63,465 nt of DNA, taken from contig JBGQGY010000005.1 in assembly GCA_041497675.1 (NCBI GenBank), positions 1-63,465 on the forward strand. Reading direction: 5' to 3'. A program made the position numbers and the translations under genes. The stretch is from a bacterium. Lineage in GTDB: Bacteria; Sysuimicrobiota; Sysuimicrobiia; Sysuimicrobiales; Humicultoraceae. Positions 18,195 through 26,609 of the stretch are shown here, piece by piece (the stretch's first letter is position 1; every line of letters starts with the position of its first letter). Under the pieces are notes generated by a model. The model was not told where the DNA came from. It saw nothing but the letters and a program-made list of their open reading frames with translations, and made no database searches.

Positions 18195-19136
18195 TCAATT
18201 GACCCGCACGCGCGGGTCGAGCAGCGGGTAAACGAGGTCTGTCGCCAGGTTGATCAGCATGGCACCAAACGCGAAGGCCAGCGTCAGCGACTGGACCACC
18301 ATGTAGTCGCGGGACTGGATCGAGTCCACCATCCACGATCCCAGACCCGGCAGCGCGAAGACCGTCTCGATGACGACCGAGCCGCCGATGGCGAACGAGA
18401 TCCGTACCCCGATCAGGGTGACGATCGGCAACAGCGCGGCGCGCAGCACGTGGCGGAACAGGACCGTCTGCCGGTCGAGACCTTTGGCGCGCGCAAAGTC
18501 GACGTACGTCGTCGTCTGGACGTCGATGAGCGATGATCGCAGGTTGCGGGTCAACACCGCCGTGAACGCCTGTGCGAGCGTCAGCGCCGGCAGGAACAGG
18601 TGCCGGAGATGATCCACAAACCCCTCGCCGTACCCGGCGGCAGGCAGCCACCCGAGCTTGAGCGCGAAGACGATCAAGAACAGGATGCCGATCCAGAAGG
18701 CGGGTGAGGCGAGCGGCAGCGTGATGAAGGCGCGTACCATCGCATCGGGCCAGCGGTCGCGGTTGGTCGCCGCGATGATGGCCAGCGGCACGGCAATCAG
18801 TATCGACAGCGCGATGCTGTAGGTAACGAGGAAGAGTGTCACGCCCATGCGGCGTGGGAGCAACTCGATGACGGGGGTCCGGAAACGCAGCGACTGCCCC
18901 AGGTCGCCGCTCAGCAGGTTGCGCATATAGATCGCGTACTGTTCCCAAAGAGGGCGGTCCAGGCCCCACCGTTGATACAGGGCCCGGACCGCCTCGTCAC
19001 TGGCTCGCTCCCCGAGGATCGCGGTCGCCGGATCCCCGGGGATGAGCTTGATGAGCATGAAGATGAGCACCGTCACCAGCAGGGCGACGGGCAACGTCTG
19101 GCCGATGCGCCGTATCGCGTAGTTCAGCAGGTGCAT
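18195..19136 (-). CDS. ABC transporter permease, Dpp/Opp family, DppB-like
   Basis: N-terminus MHLLNYAIRRIGQTLPV. EAA block TTYVDFARAKGLDRQ. Confidence 0.9.
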   Translation of the reverse strand: MHLLNYAIRRIGQTLPVALLVTVLIFMLIKLIPGDPATAILGERASDEAVRALYQRWGLDRPLWEQYAIYMRNLLSGDLGQSLRFRTPVIELLPRRMGVTLFLVTYSIALSILIAVPLAIIAATNRDRWPDAMVRAFITLPLASPAFWIGILFLIVFALKLGWLPAAGYGEGFVDHLRHLFLPALTLAQAFTAVLTRNLRSSLIDVQTTTYVDFARAKGLDRQTVLFRHVLRAALLPIVTLIGVRISFAIGGSVVIETVFALPGLGSWMVDSIQSRDYMVVQSLTLAFAFGAMLINLATDLVYPLLDPRVRVN

Positions 19137-19151
19137 CGGCTCACCGTGCGC

Positions 19152-20732
19152 TTATTCGCTGACGGTCACATTCCTGAAGATCCACGGCCCGGTGGCCAGC
19201 TGCACGAAGCCCTTCATCTTCTTGCTGATGGCGATCGTGTAGGGCGAGTAATACAGCCAGATGAGCGGCGAGTCCCGTAGCGCCAGGTCCTGGATCTGAT
19301 AGTAGATCTGGCGGCGCTTCTCGGGGTTCACTTCGCGCAACCCGCGGGCCATCAGGGCATCCATCTCTTTCGACTGGTAGCCGCTGTGGTAGGACTGGCT
19401 CTCGGTGAAACCCAGCTCGTACGCGGTCAGCTGCGACGGGTCGGGGATGTCGTTGGTCCACCCGGTAATGTAGACCTGGAAGTTGTTGGCGCGGTACTTT
19501 GTGGTCGCCGCGGCCCGGTCGAGCGGCTCCAGCTCGAGGTTGACCCCCAGCTTGGCCCACATGGCCTTGAGCGCCACGGCCGTCGGCTGGTGAACCGCAC
19601 TGTTCGCCCAGAAAAGCAGCTTCAGGTTGACTGGAGTTGGGATCCCGGATTCCTGCAGCAGCTGCTTGGCTTTGGCCAGGTCATAGGGGTAGCCCTTGCT
19701 GCTTGCGTTGAACATGGGCGTCGTCATGGGCAAGAACGTCGTGGCCGGGGTGCACGCCCCGAAGCAGACCGCCTTGACGAGTGCGGCCCGATCGGTGGCG
19801 TAGGCGAGCGCCTGGCGGAACTTCACGTCGTTGAGGGGAGATAACCTGTTGTTCAGCGACAGGTGAGACACCTGTGTGGACGGGTTGAGCAGCGCGTCCA
19901 GCTTAGGATCTTTCTTCAACTCGGCCATTCGCGAGAACGGCGGGTAGTCGACCCCGTCCACGTCGCCGGACTGCACCGCGATAATGCGCGCGTTGTCATC
20001 CGGTATGTACTTGATGCGCAGTTCCTGGGTCTTCGGATACCCCTTCTCGTAGTAGTAGGGGTTGGCTTTCATCACGAGCTCTTCGCCCTTCTTCCACTCG
20101 ACCAGCATGTAGGGTCCGGAACCAACAGGCTTGTTCGAGATGTCCTCGGGTTTGGCGTTCTTGAAGACCTTCTCAGGCAGGATGGCATTTGAGAACAGCG
20201 AGATGTCGGCCAGGAATGGTCCCCACGCCTCCTTCAGCGTGATGACCACCGTGTAGTCGTCCTGTGCCTTGATGCCCTGCATCGCTTCCAGACCCCACTG
20301 CCAGGGGCCCTTGGTGTCATGTGCGCGCTTCAGGGACCAGACGACGTCGGCGGCCTTGACCGAGTCGCCGTTGGAGAACCGTGCATTCTTCCTCAGGAAG
20401 AACGTCCAGGTCTTGCCGTCGGACGAGTTCGTCCACCGCTCGGCCAGGTCGGGCTCAAAGCCGTCGCCTTTCACGTTGACCTTCACGAGGTACTGGTAGA
20501 TCTGCGTGAAGGCCCAGATGTTGGGGTTGGCGTCCTGTGTGATGGGGTCGAGGTCGTCGGCCGCGCGGTTGACGCCAAACTTGATCACTTTCTTCATTGC
20601 CGGGGCGGCGTTCGATGGTGCCAGACCCGCGAGCATCAATCCCAGTACGATCATAAGGGCAAAGATCAGCCGTGCTGTTCGCAAGGACCCCACCTCCCTG
20701 GTTGTTTGCGAGCGTACCGGCGAGTTCTGCAT
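19152..20732 (-). CDS. ABC transporter substrate-binding protein, family 5
   Basis: Family-5 architecture. Signal peptide RTARLIFALMIVLGLMLAGLAPSNAAPA. TTG 20684 with GGGAGG 8 nt upstream is a plausible alternative to ATG 20732. Confidence 0.9.
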   Translation of the reverse strand: MQNSPVRSQTTREVGSLRTARLIFALMIVLGLMLAGLAPSNAAPAMKKVIKFGVNRAADDLDPITQDANPNIWAFTQIYQYLVKVNVKGDGFEPDLAERWTNSSDGKTWTFFLRKNARFSNGDSVKAADVVWSLKRAHDTKGPWQWGLEAMQGIKAQDDYTVVITLKEAWGPFLADISLFSNAILPEKVFKNAKPEDISNKPVGSGPYMLVEWKKGEELVMKANPYYYEKGYPKTQELRIKYIPDDNARIIAVQSGDVDGVDYPPFSRMAELKKDPKLDALLNPSTQVSHLSLNNRLSPLNDVKFRQALAYATDRAALVKAVCFGACTPATTFLPMTTPMFNASSKGYPYDLAKAKQLLQESGIPTPVNLKLLFWANSAVHQPTAVALKAMWAKLGVNLELEPLDRAAATTKYRANNFQVYITGWTNDIPDPSQLTAYELGFTESQSYHSGYQSKEMDALMARGLREVNPEKRRQIYYQIQDLALRDSPLIWLYYSPYTIAISKKMKGFVQLATGPWIFRNVTVSE

Positions 20733-20778
20733 GACACGAGGTTTGTCCTGTTTGCTAGACTACCTGCGGGGTGGTGAG

Positions 20779-21783
20779 ATGATGCGGATCACCGTTGTTG
20801 GCGCCGGGGCGATCGGTGGGACCACCGGGGCGTATTTGTCTGCTGCCGGCCACGAGGTGTTGCTGGTGGACAACGTGCGCGAGCACGTCGAAGCCATCAA
20901 TGCCCACGGCCTGCGGGTCACCGGCATCCGCGGTGATACCGTGTTTCGAGTGCGCGCGTGCCGGCCCGAGGACCTGCAGGGCCCCTTAGGGTTCGTGATC
21001 CTGGCCGTGAAGGCCCAGCATACGGAGGGCGCGATCGCACCCGTGGCGCCGCTGGTCGCCACCGACGGCTTCGTGGTCTCGATGCAAAACGGCCTTAACG
21101 AAGAGACGATCGCCCGCCACGTGGGCGCCGAGCGTACCGTCGGGTGTTTTGTCCACTTTGGGGCCGACTACCAGGAGCCCGGGCACATCCTGCTCGGCAA
21201 CGAGCACCCCATATATGTTGGCGAGCTCTCGGGCCACGATACCCAGCGCGTGCAGATGATCGCACAAACTCTGCGGGCGGTCATGCCGGTGCACGTCACC
21301 GATCACATCTGGGACTGGCTGTGGACGAAGATGTGCTATGGATCGCTGTATTTCGCCGGCGCGTTGATCGACGTCCCCATGCATGAGGTGCTGCGGCGGC
21401 GCGACTACCGCCCAACGTTCGGGGCCGTGGTCACCGAAGCGGTGCGGGTGGCCCACGGTTTGGGTCACCGGCGGCTGGAGCAGATCGGGGGCTTCCGGCC
21501 GGGGGCCTTCGCGGACGGCTACACACCCGAGGCGGACGCCATCTTCGAGAAGATGTCCCAGTGGGACGGCAAGTCGCTGAAGGTCTTCACCGGCATCCAG
21601 CGCGACATCATGGTGCGGAAGCGCAAGACCGAAGTCGACGAGCAACCCGCCGTGGTGGTGCAGCGCGCCGACCGGCTTGGGATCCCGGTGCCGTACCACC
21701 GGGCCGTGGTCCGCATGATTCACGAGATCGAGGACGGCCGGCGGCCGTTGGGCTGGGCGAACCTCGATGAACTCAGGCACTGA
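20779..21783 (+). CDS. 2-dehydropantoate 2-reductase (ketopantoate reductase, ApbA/PanE) family oxidoreductase, paralogue 1
   Basis: ATG 20779 gives MMRITVVGAGAIGG (Rossmann). SMQNGL block. Listed start 20506 is a run-on antisense to the SBP gene. Confidence 0.85.
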   Translation: MMRITVVGAGAIGGTTGAYLSAAGHEVLLVDNVREHVEAINAHGLRVTGIRGDTVFRVRACRPEDLQGPLGFVILAVKAQHTEGAIAPVAPLVATDGFVVSMQNGLNEETIARHVGAERTVGCFVHFGADYQEPGHILLGNEHPIYVGELSGHDTQRVQMIAQTLRAVMPVHVTDHIWDWLWTKMCYGSLYFAGALIDVPMHEVLRRRDYRPTFGAVVTEAVRVAHGLGHRRLEQIGGFRPGAFADGYTPEADAIFEKMSQWDGKSLKVFTGIQRDIMVRKRKTEVDEQPAVVVQRADRLGIPVPYHRAVVRMIHEIEDGRRPLGWANLDELRH

Positions 21784-21802
21784 CACAGGGAGGCGAGAGA
21801 AC

Positions 21803-22594
21803 ATGGGGTTTGCGAATCAGGTCGTCCTGGTCACCGGCGCCGGTGGCCGCATCGGTGGCGCCATCTGCCGCGAGTTTGCGCGCGCGGGCGCCAAGGTCGC
21901 CTGTTGCGACCTGAATCCCGCCAGGGCTGAAACGACGGTCCAGGCGATCACAGCGGCCGGGGGTACGGCGCGCTCCGTCCCCGGCGACGTCGGCGATGAG
22001 GGCCACGTCAAGAGGGTGGTCGAGGACACGACGCGCGGTCTGGGCCCGATCGACGTGCTGGTCAACTGCGCGGGCGTCTTCCCCAACTGTCCCGTGGTCG
22101 AGATGGATACGGCGGAATGGGACCGCGTGTTTGCGACCAACGTGCGGGGCCCGATGATGCTCTCGCGAGAGGTCGGACGCCAGATGCTGGCGCGTGGTGC
22201 ACGGGGTAGCATCATCAACATCACCTCGACGGCCGGTGAGTCCGCGCGCACCGGCGGATCGCACTATTGCGGCTCCAAAGCCGCGCTGAACATGTTGACC
22301 AACACCATGGCCATCGAGCTCGGGCCCACAGGCATCCGAGTCAACTCGGTCGCCCCCGGTCTCGTGATGGACACCGTGATGAGCTGGGAGCATCCACCGG
22401 TGGATGAGTACCCGCTGGCTCTGCTCAAGGGGATTCCGGTCGGACGCACGGCCCGGGGCGAGGAGATCGCCAGCGCGGTGCTCTTCCTCGCCGACAACGA
22501 CCGGGCGTCGTATGTCAACGGGGCGATCGTCAACGTGACGGGCGGCGGACACTCAGGGCGCGCGCACCTGCCGCCCAGCCGCCGCCGATCCTGA
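21803..22594 (+). CDS. SDR-family oxidoreductase, paralogue 1
   Basis: GGGAGG precedes ATG 21803. TGAGGRIG cofactor motif. Catalytic YCGSK. NITS block. Confidence 0.9.
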   Translation: MGFANQVVLVTGAGGRIGGAICREFARAGAKVACCDLNPARAETTVQAITAAGGTARSVPGDVGDEGHVKRVVEDTTRGLGPIDVLVNCAGVFPNCPVVEMDTAEWDRVFATNVRGPMMLSREVGRQMLARGARGSIINITSTAGESARTGGSHYCGSKAALNMLTNTMAIELGPTGIRVNSVAPGLVMDTVMSWEHPPVDEYPLALLKGIPVGRTARGEEIASAVLFLADNDRASYVNGAIVNVTGGGHSGRAHLPPSRRRS

Positions 22595-22613
22595 CGCAGC
22601 CGGACGTAGAACG

Positions 22614-23042
22614 ATGACGTCGCGGATGCCTGCTGTGATTGCTGTGCTCACGGCCTGTGCGCTTGCCGTGGCTCCCGGATATGCCCAGATGCCTACTCGC
22701 GGCAGCCCGGTCGCGGGTACGTACAGCAACCTGGTGTATCAGATCAGGGAGGTCGGCAGCAGTGCGTCGTCGGGCCGCGGAGGACGAAACGCGTTGATGC
22801 CGTGGTTGTACCTGCTGGACGACTACACTTACATCTGGGGCCGCGACCGCGGCAGCCACCGGATTGAGAAGCGCGCTGTCCTGCTATCGGGAGCCTACGG
22901 GGCCTGGGGGCCGGGGCAGATCGACGCGGACCGCCGCGTCACCTTCAAGTTCTTCAGAACCGATCAGGCCGGAGTAAAGCAGGAAGTGCTCGTACAGATG
23001 GCTTATCGCGGATCGCTGCAAGACTACCCGCCCCCTCGTTAA
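22614..23042 (+). CDS. hypothetical exported protein
   Basis: Signal peptide MTSRMPAVIAVLTACALAVAPGYAQ. No family recognised. Shares a motif with the 43954-44847 product. Confidence 0.6.
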   Translation: MTSRMPAVIAVLTACALAVAPGYAQMPTRGSPVAGTYSNLVYQIREVGSSASSGRGGRNALMPWLYLLDDYTYIWGRDRGSHRIEKRAVLLSGAYGAWGPGQIDADRRVTFKFFRTDQAGVKQEVLVQMAYRGSLQDYPPPR

Positions 23043-23830
23043 GAGCGGCGGTCGAGAACCTCCCGCAACTGGTTCGCGGTCGGCGTCGTGATCTGATCGG
23101 CCCCGGCCGCCAGTACCGTGGCAAGCGTGCGCGCGATGTCCGGCTCATCGGCGTAGAGTGTCCAGACGTCGACGAGGGCGCCGGGCCTGTGCTTGTGAAC
23201 GTACTCGATCGGATTGAAGCCTCGCGCGACAGCCTGCAGCACGAACGCCTTCGGCATGTAATACTCGCTTACATCCTCGACGAGCCGGAGGCGACGAGAC
23301 ACCTCCGCGGCGGGTGCGTCAAAGGGCGCTTCCACGTCGAGCCCAACGCGGAGCGTGGGATCGAAACTGCGCAAGGCCAACAGTTTCTCGGCGGCCTCGC
23401 AGCCGACCACGATGCGCACGTGCGGGTTGGAGCGCAGCAGTGCGAGTTGGTCGACCAGGGCCTTCGCGACACCGCCCGATAGTGGCGCCTCTTCCACGAG
23501 ATCGACCTGGACTTTGACCGGGTGGTGGTGATCCCGCAGCACGTTGACCACGCCGGCGAGCGTGGCCGGCGGTTCTTCCGCGTCTCGAAGACGCAAAGCC
23601 ATGAAGTCCCCGCTCGGTATCTGCCGTACCGGCCCGCTCCCCGTGGTCTCGCGCTCGAGGGTCGGGTCGTGGACCAGGACACACACGTCGTCGCGCGTGA
23701 GGCGAACGTCGACCTCAATGGCCTCCGCGCCGTCCGTGAGGACCTGGCGCAGCGCGGACAGAGAGTTCGGAGGGTGGTGGTGCGTGCCGTCCAGCAGCCT
23801 GTGGTATTTGAGGAGCACCCGGCCGTTCAC
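23039..23830 (-). CDS. glycerophosphodiester phosphodiesterase (GDPD) family protein, divergent active-site motifs
   Basis: GDPD-like block EAIEVDVRLTRDDVCVLVHDPTLERETTGSG. Reads HRL/PPNS where GDPDs have HRG/PENT. 4-nt overlap with the upstream ATPase gene. Confidence 0.75.
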   Translation of the reverse strand: MNGRVLLKYHRLLDGTHHHPPNSLSALRQVLTDGAEAIEVDVRLTRDDVCVLVHDPTLERETTGSGPVRQIPSGDFMALRLRDAEEPPATLAGVVNVLRDHHHPVKVQVDLVEEAPLSGGVAKALVDQLALLRSNPHVRIVVGCEAAEKLLALRSFDPTLRVGLDVEAPFDAPAAEVSRRLRLVEDVSEYYMPKAFVLQAVARGFNPIEYVHKHRPGALVDVWTLYADEPDIARTLATVLAAGADQITTPTANQLREVLDRRS

Positions 23831-24873
23831 AGACCGGTGCGCGTGCCGCCGTGATCGAAGAAGTGCACGCGATCGGGTTTGTATCCCAGGCGAACCGCTT
23901 GACCCGGTTTCGGCCGGATACTCTGGTCGACGAGCACCCTGATGTCGGCCGTCCCGAGTCTCACCGTGACCAAATTCTCGCGGCCGAGGGTCTCGACGAC
24001 GACGGTCCGCACGGGGATCTCCCCATCGAGGGTGGCGTCCTCCGGCCGGATGCCAAGCGATCCCGGCCCTTCGGGGTGCCCGCGCGGGACGGGGATGCGC
24101 ACGTCCCCCATCGCGAACTGGCCGTCGGCGAACTGCCCGTCGAGCAGGTTCATCGGCGGATGGCCGACGAAGCGCGCGACGAAGACGTTGGCCGGCCGCC
24201 GGTAGAGATCCTCCGGTGTGGCGAACTGTTGCAGTTCGCCCGTCGAGAAGACGGCGACGCGATCGGCCATGGCCAGGGCCTCGGCCTGATCGTGGGTCAC
24301 CAGTATGCTCGTGACCCCAAGGTCCTGCTGGAGCCGCCGGATCTCGCCTCGGGCCTGCACTCGAATCTGTGCGTCGAGGTTTGACAGCGGCTCATCCAGC
24401 AACAGCACCTGCGGTTCTTTCACCAGGGCCCTGGCCAGCGCACCACGCTGCTGCTGACCTCCGGAGACCTGCGCCGGACGCCGGTCGAGGACGTGTTCGA
24501 TCCCAAGCAGGGCGGCCGTCTGGGTGACCTTCTGGGTGATCTCGGTGTTGGGCGTGCGCTTCAGCCGCAGCGGAAATGCAACATTCTCGAACAATGACAG
24601 ATGGGGATACAGCGCGTAGGACTGGAAGACCATACCGACGTCGCGGTCGCGTGGGTGGAGGTGCTCGATGCGCCGATCCCCAAAGTAGATTTCCCCGCCG
24701 GTCGGCTGGTAGATCCCGGCGATCATCAACAACGTCGTGGTTTTTCCGCAGCCGGATGGTCCGAGAAAGGCGACCAACTCGCCCGCCTTGACATCCAAAT
24801 CGAGCGTCTTGAGCGCCACGACCTTACCAAAGGATTTGGAGAGCGCCTTCAGGCGGACGCTGATGCCCCTCAT
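23827..24873 (-). CDS. ABC transporter ATP-binding protein, UgpC/MalK-like (CUT1)
   Basis: ATG 24873 (ATGA overlap). Walker A GPSGCGKTT, signature VSGGQQQR. C-terminal regulatory/TOBE-like domain. Listed start 25614 is a run-on. Confidence 0.9.
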   Translation of the reverse strand: MRGISVRLKALSKSFGKVVALKTLDLDVKAGELVAFLGPSGCGKTTTLLMIAGIYQPTGGEIYFGDRRIEHLHPRDRDVGMVFQSYALYPHLSLFENVAFPLRLKRTPNTEITQKVTQTAALLGIEHVLDRRPAQVSGGQQQRGALARALVKEPQVLLLDEPLSNLDAQIRVQARGEIRRLQQDLGVTSILVTHDQAEALAMADRVAVFSTGELQQFATPEDLYRRPANVFVARFVGHPPMNLLDGQFADGQFAMGDVRIPVPRGHPEGPGSLGIRPEDATLDGEIPVRTVVVETLGRENLVTVRLGTADIRVLVDQSIRPKPGQAVRLGYKPDRVHFFDHGGTRTGL

Positions 24874-25694
24874 CCCTTGGCGCCCCCGCTGTAGATGCTC
24901 AACAGGAAGCGCTGGCCGAGCAAGAACAACACTACCACCGGCAGCGCATAGAAGAGACCGACCGCGGCGACCATCCCAAAGTCGGAGAACGCTTCGGTCA
25001 GGAAGGTTTGAAGATACATCGCCATCGTGAAGTTCTGGGACGAGACGATGAACGTAAACGGCAGGATGAATTCGCCCCATGCGGAGAGCAGGGAAAACGT
25101 CCCCAAGGCCAGCAGACCCGGCCGTACCAGCGGCAGCGCGATCTTGCGGAACAGCGTCCAGCGCGACATCCCATCGACCAGCGCCGCCATCTCCATCTCC
25201 CACGACAGGGAGTCGAAAAACCCCTTCATCAGCCAGATCCCAAGCGGGAGCTCCAGGGTCGCTTTGACCAGTATCACCCCGGGGAGGGTGTCGAAGAGAC
25301 CGAGCCGCCGCAGGATATAGAAGATCGCGATCAACAGGCTCACGGCGGGGAACGCGTGGAGCACCAGGACCAGCCCGAGATACATCGAGCGCCCGGGAAA
25401 GGACATCCGCGAGATCGCATAGGCGGCCATCGACGAGATCAACACGACCATCGACGCGACGACCACGGAGAAGATGATCGAGTTCATCAGCGCGAGGCGA
25501 ATCGGCGGCCGGCCGCCGACGGTTTCCCAGAGGAACCGCCAGTTTTTCGGCGCAAAGGTACCCTGCGGGATGAGCCCGTGGACGCGGTCGAATGATCCCG
25601 TCAGGAAGAGCCACACGACGCCCGAGAGGATCGGCAGGCTGAACGCCACCAGCAGGATGAGCACCAACCGCCAGCGCGGCGGCAGCAGCCCCAT
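24870..25694 (-). CDS. ABC transporter permease, UgpE/MalG-like (CUT1)
   Basis: ATG 25694 shares 1 nt with the upstream stop (TAATG). Multi-TM BPD_transp_1-like. Confidence 0.9.
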   Translation of the reverse strand: MGLLPPRWRLVLILLVAFSLPILSGVVWLFLTGSFDRVHGLIPQGTFAPKNWRFLWETVGGRPPIRLALMNSIIFSVVVASMVVLISSMAAYAISRMSFPGRSMYLGLVLVLHAFPAVSLLIAIFYILRRLGLFDTLPGVILVKATLELPLGIWLMKGFFDSLSWEMEMAALVDGMSRWTLFRKIALPLVRPGLLALGTFSLLSAWGEFILPFTFIVSSQNFTMAMYLQTFLTEAFSDFGMVAAVGLFYALPVVVLFLLGQRFLLSIYSGGAKG

Positions 25695-26587
25695 TAGTTG
25701 ACTTCCACTTTCGGTTCGGCTACGAGCGCGCGGAAGTTGAAGATGCGCAGGTAGATGAGCGAGACGATGACGCCGATCACGACCAAAAAGGCCGCCATCG
25801 CCGCGCCCAGGCCGAACTGCACGTTGCCGAAGTAGTTCGACAACGCCAGCTTGTACGCGTGCAGCGCCCACACCGTGGTCGTGTAAAAGCCCGGGCCGCC
25901 GTCGGTGAGCAGCAGGATGTATTCGAACGACGTCAGCAGCGACAGCGTCTGGTAGGCGGTGACGAAGAGAATGGGCCAGCGCAGCATCGGCAACACGACG
26001 CGCCGCACCGTCTGCATCGTCGTCGCGCCGTCCACGGCCGCGGCGTAGAAAAGGTCTTGCGAAATCGACTTGATCGCCGACGAGAAGATGAGCATCCCAA
26101 AGGACGCGCCGACCAGACCGTTGGCCAGCACGATGACGCCCCAGGGCCGCCCACTGATCCAGTTTTGGGAGATACCCGTGACGTCGCTAATCAGCCCAAA
26201 TGGCGCTTCCCGCGTGAGACCGTGCCAGATGAGCACGTAGACGACCGGCGGCAGGATGCGCGGCAGCAGCCAGATCGCCCGCACCTGGTTCGCCCACCGT
26301 TCGCGGACCGAAGACGAGAAGAGCGCCAGCGCCAGGCCCATCCCGACGTTGAACAGCAGCGTGAGCGAGACGTAACGGACGGTGTTCAGCAGGATCTTGC
26401 CGATGAACGGGTCCCTGAGGAGCACGCTGTAGTTCCCCAACGCCACCCACTTGGGGTTTCTGAAGGTGAGCGTGGAGATGTCCGTCAGGGACAGGTACAG
26501 CGTCATCGCGACCGGCACGACGAAGAAAAGCACAATCAGCACCGTGGCCGGCAGCAGGAAGAGCAGCGGCGTCGCGTACTTCCTCAC
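25694..26587 (-). CDS. ABC transporter permease, UgpA/MalF-like (CUT1)
   Basis: MRKYATPLLFLLPATVLIVLFFVVP N-terminus typical of CUT1 permeases. EAA-type block YAAAVDGATTMQTVRRVVLP. Confidence 0.9.
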   Translation of the reverse strand: MRKYATPLLFLLPATVLIVLFFVVPVAMTLYLSLTDISTLTFRNPKWVALGNYSVLLRDPFIGKILLNTVRYVSLTLLFNVGMGLALALFSSSVRERWANQVRAIWLLPRILPPVVYVLIWHGLTREAPFGLISDVTGISQNWISGRPWGVIVLANGLVGASFGMLIFSSAIKSISQDLFYAAAVDGATTMQTVRRVVLPMLRWPILFVTAYQTLSLLTSFEYILLLTDGGPGFYTTTVWALHAYKLALSNYFGNVQFGLGAAMAAFLVVIGVIVSLIYLRIFNFRALVAEPKVEVN

Positions 26588-26609
26588 GAGACCCGTCCGG
26601 TTGGTTCGA

